In this document: in pieces, positions 1-8,498 of the stretch
How positions within the stretch are numbered: position 1 is the first letter of the stretch
Layout: every line of letters starts with the position of its first letter
From: Octopus sinensis
Lineage: Eukaryota
NCBI RefSeq assembly: GCF_006345805.1
Contig: NW_021824586.1
Location: 1 to 17,845, forward strand
DNA: 17,845 nt
Direction of reading: 5' to 3'
Notes under the pieces: model-generated
The model's input: the letters and a program-made list of their open reading frames with translations, nothing else
What the model was told of the DNA's origin: nothing
The model's database searches: none
Position numbers and translations under genes: made by a program

Positions 1-369
1 GAGTATATCTACACCAATACAAAACTATGGGTGTGTATAAAGGTTTATCTCAGGGTGTCTATAGAGTTGCGTTCGTATGTAGAGTTCTATGTTGGAGTGT
101 GTATAAAAGGGGAGGATGTATAAAATGGAAGTGTGTATAAAATGGCGGTATTTACAAAAGTGCACGTGGATCTATTAAGAGATATTAGCGCGTTTTCATA
201 ATTATTTGATTATTTTGTTATTTAACCCTAGGCTGATTAATCCCATATATGATCACAGACGCCAGTTGTAGCAATCTTGTGATTATGTTTACCAAGGACT
301 TCATTCTTCATTGATTCTTCTTTATTTAAAATGGCAGAATCATTTGGAAACTATTTCTAGCAGGTTGTG

Positions 370-700
370 TGGTTGTGTGTGTATGAGCGTCTGTGTGCAT
401 ATATGCATGTGTGAATATATGCTTGTATGTATGTGTGTGTCTGTGTCAGTGGTCAGATATACGATTTGATGACACCATGTATATGTGCGCGTATGTCTTT
501 TGTGTGTGTGTCTATATGTCTGTGTGTGTGCATGTAAGTATATATGTGTATGTCTGCATGTGTATGCTAGTATGTTTTTATATATTTGTGTGTGTATTTC
601 GGGTGTTATCTATGCAGCTGTGTCGCTGTATATAATATTTGTATTATGATAGCAGGTAAGAAACGACATGTTTATATATGTATATATGTGTGTATATATA
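370..700. repeat. Degenerate (GT)/(AT)-rich microsatellite field
   Basis: Interspersed GTGT/GTAT/ATAT runs; explains the low-complexity ORFs 393..635 and 586..855. Confidence 0.85.
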
Positions 701-2280
701 AACCAATGGTAGCCTTATTAACCCACAAATGTGTAAATGTCTATATCTACCTTTATGAGTACAGGGTATGTGAATGTAGGTTGTATTTGTTATGGTTTCT
801 GTATCTTGGCGCCAACTTCTTCGTGGTATTAGAATCTTGGTATTCTAGATACTAAATAAAACAATATGCTAATGATCGTTACTTTCATTAGTCACTTAAA
901 TATCGGGATACCACTCAATTACTTCCCCATCAATCTTGTGTAAGTCAAGTCAACCTGGATGGGTCCATGCTATTATTATAATTAAAGGGTTGAACCCATA
1001 AACAACGGGGTCGACTAAAACGCAGTTGACTGACTTGCTAGAATATCGGTTTTATCCTAACAAAATAAGGAATATCTTTCTGGCTTTTCTTTTCAAGCGT
1101 TACTGCTTTTTGTGGTGAATTCTTTCTACTCTATGGTACAAGTTTGCGACCAAGTGGACTGGGCCGTTTGTGAATTGAGCGTCGTAACATACACACAACA
1201 TAGTACTGCTGACAGAAATACTGCACAGTACATTTGAATACAGAGATGGTATAATACGTTTGAATAGAGACAAAAGATAATATATTTGAACACAGACAGA
1301 ACACAGTGCTTTAGATACCGAGCACAAAATAGCAAATTTGATAAAGTTTATTATCCTTGTCTTGTTATCCATTTCCCTAACTCCTTCAACCTTTAATTCT
1401 CTGTAAATCCGTGATTTATGTCAAGATGCTAAAGTAGACCACAATCTAAACGTTTTTTTCCACACTAAAAAAGCATAATTTTGAATGAGATGTCCATATC
1501 CTATTCATATATTTTTTGAAAGCCAGTGCAGCTTGTAAACCTCACGGATAGAAAGAAATATATTTGATTATAATTCATATTTACAGAAATCCAACATTGT
1601 ACCCTTAAATGAAAATCATGTTAAAACATGGCTGATAATTCATTCTACCTTGAAATGCCATTCTCCCAAGTTAAATATCGCACACACACTCGTTATATTT
1701 CCCTTATTTTATATTTTACGTTCGCATTTTCAAGAATATTTCCTTCGCACACTCTGCTGCCTTTTCAACTGGATTCCTTCTTGCGCTTGAATTTTTACTT
1801 TGTTATATGGTTTTGTGTGCTGGAATATAACTTGTGCTAGAGACATATTTAATCGGGTAGAATCACCCGCTCAATGTCCGTGTTTTGTTTCTACAAACTG
1901 GAAACAAATACAGCATATAATCGCTGATCAACAAGGACTAGTTTGTAGTGTGAAGCACCACGAAACTAACTCATGAAAACACACAGTAATATTAGAATTC
2001 GCCCATTTGATAAATTACCAGATATTTGAATCGAGAGGATATCGCACATTCAATGAAAGAATCCACAATCACTTAAGACATTTATTTCTTGCGGATTTGA
2101 TTCACCTAATTGTAAATAGCTACCTTTTGTAAGAATAAAGTTCAACAGCCTATCCCCAAGGAGGCGCTTTTTTTAATCATTTCTTAATTATTTACACATC
2201 AACGAATAACTAATTCTCTAGTGTAGGTAACTATTAAATTAAAATAATCATCTATTGATCATGTTTAACGCATATACACT

Positions 2281-2434
2281 GGGTTTGCGTACAGTTTCCA
2301 TCTACCCAATTCACTCACAAGGCATTGGTCCAGGGCTGTAGTAGAAGATACTTGCTCAAGATGTCACACAATGGCACTGAACACAAGATCACGTGGTTGA
2401 AATGGAAGCTTCTTAACTACACAGGCACACTTGC
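2281..2434 (-). mobile_element. SINE family B (tRNA head + CORE-like segment), 5' half, degenerate
   Basis: Reverse complement reads gcaagtgtgcctgtgtagttaagaagc...gtgttcagtgcc...cttgagcaagtatcttctactacagcc; aligns by eye with the copies at 16755-17034 and 9240-9375. Confidence 0.85.
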
Positions 2435-2599
2435 GATTAAAACAGATTTCTTTTCTTTTTGCTGGGCTGCAAGAGGAAATATGATATTCTGAAGTGTATC
2501 CTTTTCGGGGATATTAGTAAAGATATCATTGAAGTAAGAGAATTAGATGCAGCTAGGAACCGATAACAAAGCAGCGAGATTGCAGAATCATTAGCCGGT

Positions 2600-2879
2600 C
2601 AGTGATTCTTATCTTGAATCCATAAGGCTCTTGGGAGTCCATATGGCCCTTGGGAGTCCATAAGGCCTTGGGGTCCATATAAGATTTTGTTGTTATCTGC
2701 AATAAAATTGGTTACACCTATACAATAGACAACATTTAAAGAGTTTTTTTTATATATATTATTCCTAATAATCATTAAAAGATAATAGGATTTTTAGACA
2801 TCAAAATGGTTATGGGGGTCCGTCTGAACAAAATAGGAATCAAAGGGGTCCCTTGGTGAAAAATGGTCAAGAAACACTG
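2600..2879. mobile_element. Non-autonomous hAT-type DNA transposon (MITE), 280 bp
   Basis: Terminal inverted repeats CAGTGATTCTT (2600-2610) / AAGAAACACTG (2869-2879), 10/11 match; subterminal GG(G/A)GTCC motifs near both ends; no clear 8-bp TSD. Confidence 0.7.
2619..2683 (+). repeat. 19-bp tandem repeat, about 3.5 copies, inside the MITE
   Basis: tccataaggctcttgggag / tccatatggcccttgggag / tccataaggccttgggg / tccatataag. Confidence 0.9.
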
Positions 2880-2914
2880 GGCTGAATGCTTAACTCTATT
2901 CTTTCGGGCTTTTT

Positions 2915-3010
2915 CCGTACCGAATTCAAATCTCGCTGGGGTCAACTTTGTATTTTCATGCCTTTGGGGTTGATAAAATAAAGTTAAATATTGGGTCGAT
3001 GTAAAAAAGT
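2915..3010 (+). mobile_element. SINE family A fragment, old
   Basis: gaattcaaatctcgctggggtcaactttgtattttcatgcctttggggttgataaaataa...ttgggtcgatgtaa aligns to the middle of the young copy at 16318-16545. Confidence 0.75.
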
Positions 3011-3079
3011 GTTGACCTTGAGTCCAGCAACGGACCGACGTCCAGGAGAATGTTATGATCGTGGTCATTTATACTCCAT

Positions 3080-3330
3080 TGAAACCGGGTCACTGGCCTT
3101 ATGAGTGCTAAGGCCGAAGAAATATGTTTTTAGAAAGGTATCGGCATTAGCTAAGTCTCCTTCAAATCACATTTTGTAATCCCAGAAACGAAAGACACAT
3201 TGAGTAATGTGCTTTCTGGATGTACTGCATCTCGGAACAAGATGTGAAGGGCAAGGATGGAATGTGATGTGTTTGTCTAAAGGTATGCCTGGTTAGCACA
3301 TAACTGGGGTTAAACAATAACAACGGCAAC
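3080..3330 (+). mobile_element. Probable degenerate retroposon 3' part ending in an (AAC)n-like tail
   Basis: Ends ctggggttaaacaataacaacggcaac; resembles a repeat I recall from octopod genomes. There is no second copy in the window to confirm it. Confidence 0.4.
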
Positions 3331-3707
3331 AGATCTCCATGTCTCATGGCATCGAAATCTTTATCTCTGGCTCAGTTGACAAAAAAATCTTTTTAGTTAG
3401 TAGCGTCAGTTAAGAAGTTGACGCTGACTAAGTCTCCTCGACTTAGTTAACTCGACACAGCTTGTTTAATCCTTATTAATCTTCATTGTCAACACGTGTG
3501 TTGCTACTTTCACTGACAAAACACTAAACTAAAAAATAATTAAAAAAAAGAAATTTTCTTTAAAAAACTCTTGCAGTTATTTTCATTTTATTATATTTTC
3601 AGTAATTTTTTTTTTCATTTTAACCAATTAATCATTTTGCTAATTCATTTTAATTTACAAAAGCTTCGTGACCGTAATCCAATGACAATCTCCCCCCTTT
3701 CTCTCCC

Positions 3708-3844
3708 TCTCTCTTCTCCCTCTTTCTCTCTCTCCTCTCTCTCTCTCTTCCTCTTTCTCTCTGCGTGTGTATGCACGTGTGCATGTTTATATACATACAT
3801 ATATATATATATATATTATATATATATATCTATATATATATATA

Positions 3845-3876
<32 letters not shown>

Positions 3877-3945
3877 CACATACATACATATATGAATATA
3901 TGTGTACACGCACACATACACATACATACACACACACACACATTG
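3708..3945. repeat. Compound microsatellite (CT)n-(TA)n-(TACA)n-(CA)n
   Basis: Directly visible. Confidence 0.95.
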
Positions 3946-4058
3946 ACCGTCCTGAGTTTTTACTGTGCAAATTACTTGGGCCATAAATGTTTTCTGCTCT
4001 TTTTTGAATAAATTTAAGTCCCTTGGCTACATGGTTCCAAGGTTGGACAATGGTCGCT

Positions 4059-4091
4059 CTGATGACGGTTGTTGAAGCAGAAACACGTATC
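4059..4091 (+). ncRNA. Hammerhead-ribozyme-like motif (minimal type I-like), degenerate
   Basis: CTGATGA (4059-4065) + 14 nt + GAAAC-AC-GTA-TC (4080-4091); flanking complementarity ggacaa 4045-4050 / ttgtcc 4097-4102. The core-proximal stems I and II are imperfect. Confidence 0.45.
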
Positions 4092-4363
4092 CTCAGTTGT
4101 CCTCCAATCTCCATACAGATTTTTCTCAATCACACGTCAGTTATGGGTCTTGCGATTATCCCCCCTATTCAAATGGAACTAGTTTTAATTGCCATTTGGT
4201 TATTATTTATCTTTAATTATTAAATATGATATATCTTCTAGAGACGGAGATAATTTTGATAAATCAAGAATCTATGTTGTAGAGTATTTGATACACCTGT
4301 ATGTATCTACAAACCCGCCCACAAACCTACACACGTGCACTATATATATATATAATCACAAAT

Positions 4364-4640
4364 TATTAGATGTTGCTACGCAACACTGGTCACAATGCGC
4401 TTCCAAATCTGCCTTGATTACGCCATTTTCTTCCATCTTCACTAAAACCGCTTAACTAAATCATTTTCTCATCGTAGCGGGGGCCTTCGAAGCGGCTCTC
4501 TCCGATCTCTTGGCTACCATTTGGCAACTGCGTGGGTCTATCTGTTGTCTGTGATCGTTGCAAACATGCCTGGCCCAACGGAACATCGTTCGCTCCGCTC
4601 TCTTCACACCTGGATGCTCATAGGCTAGCAGTAGGCCTTA
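4364..4640 (-). mobile_element. RTE-clade LINE, 3' end of ORF plus tail, decayed
   Basis: With one frameshift reads FRWARHV/ATITDNR*THAVAKW*PRDRREPLRRPPLR*ENDLVKRF**RWKKMA*SRQIWKRI, matching the RTE C-terminal pattern RWAGHVAR..DNRW....W.PR..R..GRPP.RW. Confidence 0.88.
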
Positions 4641-4659
4641 AAATGGACTACATGAAACT

Positions 4660-4784
4660 ATATATGTATATATATATACATATACATATAATATATATAT
4701 ATATATAATATATATATATATATATGTGTGTTGTGTGTGTGTGTGTGTGTGGTGTGTGTGTGGTGTGTGTGTGTGCGTGCGTGT
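4660..4784. repeat. (TA)n then (GT)n microsatellite
   Basis: Directly visible. Confidence 0.95.
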
Positions 4785-5085
4785 GGAGGCGCAATGGCCC
4801 AGTGTTGGGCAGTGGACTCGCGGTCGTAAATCGCGGTTTCAATTCCCAGACTGGGCATTGTGTGTGTTTATTGAGCGAAAACACCTAAAAAGCTCCTCGA
4901 GGTTCCGGTAGGGGGTGGTGATCCCTGCTGTACTCTTTCACCACTCTTTCTCTCACTCTTTCCTCTGTTGGCCTGCTCGCTAGCCAGCGGGGTGGCGTCA
5001 TTCGAAGGCTAAAACAATGCGAACGCATTGTGGACCAGCGATGTGTAGCAACATCTGATAGCCTGGTCGGGTCACGTGATCACGT
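4785..5085 (+). mobile_element. tRNA-derived SINE (family C) with RTE-derived 3' tail
   Basis: A-box-like tggcccagtgttgg and B-box-like ggtttcaattccc; 3' end 5024-5060 matches the RTE tail 4364-4399 (reverse complement) at 32/37 aligned positions. Confidence 0.85.
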
Positions 5086-5094
5086 ATATATATA

Positions 5095-5158
<64 letters not shown>

Positions 5159-5160
5159 AT
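5086..5160. repeat. (TA)n microsatellite
   Basis: Directly visible. Confidence 0.97.
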
Positions 5161-5184
5161 GCGGTCGAAGCGACGAAAGCAAGG

Positions 5185-5243
5185 GTAAAGGAGTACATAA
5201 ATATAGGGTGTACGGTGGATATACCCGAGACATGGATACTGAA
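5185..5243 (+). mobile_element. RTE LINE fragment (YLG region after the RT core)
   Basis: VKEYINIGCTVDI / (frameshift) RDMDTE; continues at 5484. Confidence 0.6.
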
Positions 5244-5483
5244 TATTAATGACCTGCAGGAACACTATATTCCGTTATGCAACCATAATATACTGCAAAG
5301 TACATTAAACGATTTTGTAAGTCAATGCTGTGTTCTTCTGTGTTAGCAGTGCTATTGCATCACGTGTTAAGGTTATCTCTACCGACAATTCTATAAGAAT
5401 TGTAGCCGTCACTGATTTGGTTACGATGCAACAAAACAGTACTGGCTGTAGTTTCTAGAAAAAATTTGTAAAGATAACCTTAA
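5244..5483. mobile_element. 240-bp insertion into the RTE, flanked by a 12-bp direct repeat
   Basis: ATGGATACTGAA (5232-5243) / ATGGACACTGAA (5484-5495), 11/12; the RTE peptide MDTE is present on both sides. Confidence 0.6.
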
Positions 5484-5712
5484 ATGGACACTGAAATCTC
5501 TAAGGGAATAAGAGCAGGGTAGAAGGTGTTTACCTCAGTAGAGGATGTGCTCAAAAAAAAGACAGTGTCATACGTGCCAGACACTTCAAAACTACCATCC
5601 TACCAGCTCTCTTATACACAACTGAGACATGGTTTACTACGAGAGAGGACAGAACACCGATTGGGTTGGACACAAAGGGCCATGGATATTTCCATGCTAA
5701 GTATACCATCAT
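5484..5712 (+). mobile_element. RTE-clade LINE ORF fragment, decayed
   Basis: MDTEISKGIRAG*KVFTSVEDVLKKK / RARHFKTTILPALLYTTETWFTTR / ERTEHRLGWTQRAMDISMLSI; matches the RTE pattern EI.RRIRA.W..F...LF...VLPAL.Y..ETW....Q..MER.ML. Confidence 0.85.
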
Positions 5713-5730
5713 AAGTGATTATATAATCCT

Positions 5731-5744
5731 CTTCATCATCATCG

Positions 5745-5777
<33 letters not shown>

Positions 5778-6020
5778 CATCATCATCATCATCATCATCA
5801 TCATCGTCATTTAACGTCCAATTTCCATGCTGGCATGGTTTGGACGGTTTGACTGAAAACTGCTAAGCTGGTGGGCTGCACCAGGTTTCGATCTGATTTG
5901 GCAAGATTGTTACTGCTGGTTGCCCTTCCTAATGCCAACCACCCCGAGAGTGTAGTGGATGTTTTTATGGGCCACCGGCACAGGTGCCAGTGACCTGACA
6001 CCGGCATCGGCCACGACTAC
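5731..6020 (-). mobile_element. Retroposon 3' end with (GAT)n tail (seen as (ATC)n at 5731-5808)
   Basis: Reverse complement has ...ggttggcattaggaagggcaaccagc...cagtcaaaccgtccaaaccatgccagcatggaaattggacgttaaatgacgatgat(gat)n; similar to an abundant octopod repeat I recall. Confidence 0.7.
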
Positions 6021-6276
6021 GGTCTGAAAGGTTTACACAAGCATGGTTTATCGCCAAAGATCTTATATATAATAACAATAATGCATCGCTACACGCGTTT
6101 CCATATGTTTCTTAAGATCCAAGTCCGTATTTCTGGGATGATTACAGTGTAATCCGTAGTATCCGTAGGTCGATCACCTTCATGGATTCATTTCTTCAGT
6201 CGACATAGCATTAATGGATGTACAATAGAGTGATGCTTATCCCTTTTTACCAGAATGAAGGTCAAACGCGTATCAT

Positions 6277-6361
6277 TTCCTCCTCTTCCTCCTCCTCCTC
6301 CTCCTCCTCCTTTCTTCTTCTTCTTCTTCTTCTTCTTCTTCTTCTTCTTCTTCTTCTTCTT
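6277..6361. repeat. (CCT)n-(TTC)n pure polypyrimidine tract
   Basis: Directly visible; produces the polyP/polyF and polyE/polyR ORFs. Confidence 0.97.
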
Positions 6362-6611
6362 GTCCAGCTATAGGGAGCTTACCTGGTATCTCTTGAAGAA
6401 ATTTGTCCAGATTTCGCTTGAAGATGATGAGATCTTTTCTTTTGGTTTGTTTCGGAAAAATGCTAAACAAAACCGGACCTGTTGCGGAAACGAAATTGTG
6501 TTACAGTGTATTTATGCGTTGTGTCGGATGAATTCTGAATCTGACGTTAAGGTCGTTTAGGCAATGTTGGTTGTATATTCTCCATATCATGCAAATGATG
6601 TAGCGCTCAGG
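6362..6611 (-). mobile_element. CR1-group LINE, ORF2 C-terminal fragment
   Basis: One frame: PERYIICMIWRIYNQHCLNDLNVRFRIHPTQRINTL*HNFVSATGPVLFSIFPKQTKRKDLIIFKRNLDKFLQEIPG; matches the CR1/L2-group tail pattern RERY.I...WKI...GP.LFN.LP...FK..LDKFL..IPD.P. Confidence 0.82.
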
Positions 6612-6764
6612 GCTAAAACCATTACACTGTGGAAGAGTCACGTTAACCCATGTCATTTAGATAAATTAAATTTGTTGTATTTTCATTAATTTGCTCATGT
6701 GACCATTTTTCTTTTCCTGCACGGATGTTTCTCTCTCGTTAAAAGCTAGGATTTATTATTTGTA

Positions 6765-6857
6765 AGCTTAGCACTTATTCTATCGGTGTCTTTTGCAGAA
6801 CCGCTAAGTTACGGGGAAGGAGACAGCGACATTGATTGTCAAGCGATGATGAGGGAA
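6765..6857 (-). mobile_element. SINE family B, 3' half
   Basis: gtcaagcgatgatgagggaacaaacac matches gtcaagcggtagtggggggaaaaagcac at about 16786; followed by the family's internal microsatellite. Confidence 0.75.
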
Positions 6858-6970
6858 CAAACACACACACACACACACAAATATACACATATCTACATAC
6901 ATATATAAACATATATACATGTATATATACATAAATACACATACATATATACACACATAGATACACAAAC

Positions 6971-7002
<32 letters not shown>

Positions 7003-7090
7003 CATTTACACACACACATATATGCATATCAACATACATATCTATACACATATATACACATACATATATACACACATATACATATATTTA
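6857..7090. repeat. (CA)/(TA)/(TACA) compound microsatellite
   Basis: Directly visible. Confidence 0.95.
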
Positions 7091-7432
7091 TCGCATGGCT
7101 CAGTGGTTAGAGCGTCGAGCTTACGATCGTGAGGTTGTGAGCTCGAATCCCGGACCGGGCTGCGTGTTATGTTCTTGAGCAAGGCACTTTATTTCACGTT
7201 GCTCCAGTTCACTCAACTGTAGAAATGAGTTGCGACGTCACAGGTGCCAAGCTGTATCGGCCTTTGTCTTTCCCTTGGATAACACTGGTGGCGTGGAGAG
7301 GGGAGGCCGGTATGCATGGGCGACTGCTGGTCTTCCATAAAAAACAACCTTGCCCGGACTTGTGTCTAGGAGGGTAACTTTCTAGGTGCAATCCCATGGT
7401 CATTCATGACCGAAGGGGGTCTTTACCCTTTA
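7091..7432 (+). mobile_element. Full-length CORE-type SINE with tRNA-derived head (family D)
   Basis: A-box tggctcagtggttagagc, B-box-like gagctcgaatccc, anticodon-loop-like cttacga; CORE-like gtgttatgttcttgagcaaggcactttatttcacgttgctccagttcactcaactgtagaaatgag. Possibly one of the octopus OR families (from memory). Confidence 0.85.
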
Positions 7433-7434
7433 CA

Positions 7435-7660
7435 CGTATAAACATGTATATATACATATAAATATACTCCCAGAATCGAAAAATTACATATACATACAGG
7501 TATACAAGCATGCATAAAGACAGATATATAGATGCAAACAACATATATTCATATATACATATATATATATATATACATACATTTATTCAGATATGCACAA
7601 TCAAATATACACACATATGCGCTCATACACATAGTTACATACAAGTACATATATATAAAC
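7435..7660. repeat. Degenerate TA/CA microsatellite field
   Basis: Directly visible. Confidence 0.85.
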
Positions 7661-7662
7661 AC

Positions 7663-8066
7663 TTAAAATTTTCTAAACACATATTTAGAATAGTGTGTAA
7701 AAAATAGAACGCTCTCATGTCTTTCATTAAGTAATTTCTTCTTAGATATTTAGATCTGATATAATTCATCTACACACAGGTTACATCTAACATCATTAAT
7801 TTCGTACGATCTAGCATGACTATGTATTTCCCCATTTATGTTGTACAATTTCTTACTATCCTTTAACTTCCATATTAGTTTACTCAAACTAGTACTGTTA
7901 AACCTATCCCTATTCCTAAAAGTATACTCATGGTTTGCGATTCGTTTCTTAATAAAATTTTGCGTGGACCTATGTAAAAATATTTTTTCGTTCCGATCTA
8001 ACTCTACATGTATATACGATGTTATTTTGAAAACAGAAATGATTAAAATAACATTTATTCTTATAA
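7663..8066 (-). mobile_element. Penelope-like element, GIY-YIG endonuclease C-terminus, decayed
   Basis: With frameshifts: NKCYFNHFCFQNNIVYTCRV..KNIF/(Y)IG/STQNFIKKRIANHEYTFRNRDRFNSTSLSKLIWKLKDSKKLYNINGEIHSHARSYEINDVRCNLCVDELYQI/SKKKLLNERHE. Carries the IVY..YIG, R..H, S.LS..IW.LK and CNLC..E motifs of PLE endonucleases. Confidence 0.88.
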
Positions 8067-8074
8067 AGGGGAAG

Positions 8075-8081
8075 TGTATAT

Positions 8082-8115
<34 letters not shown>

Positions 8116-8185
8116 CATACATATATATATATATACACACACAGAATCATAGATAGATATGCATATAATCACCCCATACACACAC
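8075..8185. repeat. (TA)n/(CA)n microsatellite truncating the PLE fragment
   Basis: Directly visible. Confidence 0.93.
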
Positions 8186-8498
8186 ATAATGGATCATTCA
8201 CTTGTATAGGATTCCTTCACCTCTTTCTTGTTTTTAATGTTCTTCTCCCTTCTTCGCCATCGTATTAATTATCTATAGACGATAAAGCAACTACCTTAGA
8301 TTTATAAGCGACAAGTCAATTCTCTTACATTAGTTTTACTTGAGCAAGTTAATAAGCCGGTGATAAAATGAACCAAGATCGTATGCATTTAAATAGTTTA
8401 CTCATTCTTTTATTACTTATAGAATAGTTTCGATTCTCAGAAAAATCATTATTACAAATGTAAAAAATATATATATTTAAAGGGAAATTATATTTGCT

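Noticed and set aside
1100-1372. 90-aa minus-strand ORF
   Set aside because: No homology or splice support; partly made of the 26-bp periodic repeat.
4016-4166. Minus-strand frame GDNRKTHN*RVIEKNLYGDWRTTEDTCFCF as a selenoprotein
   Set aside because: No recognisable selenoprotein motif and no SECIS seen; overlaps the hammerhead-like motif on the other strand.
6255-6560. PolyP/polyF ORF
   Set aside because: Trinucleotide tract plus the antisense of a CR1 fragment.
7093-7155. tRNA gene (also considered at 4785 and 14655-14718)
   Set aside because: Imperfect cloverleaf that continues into a SINE body or tail, so these are SINE heads.
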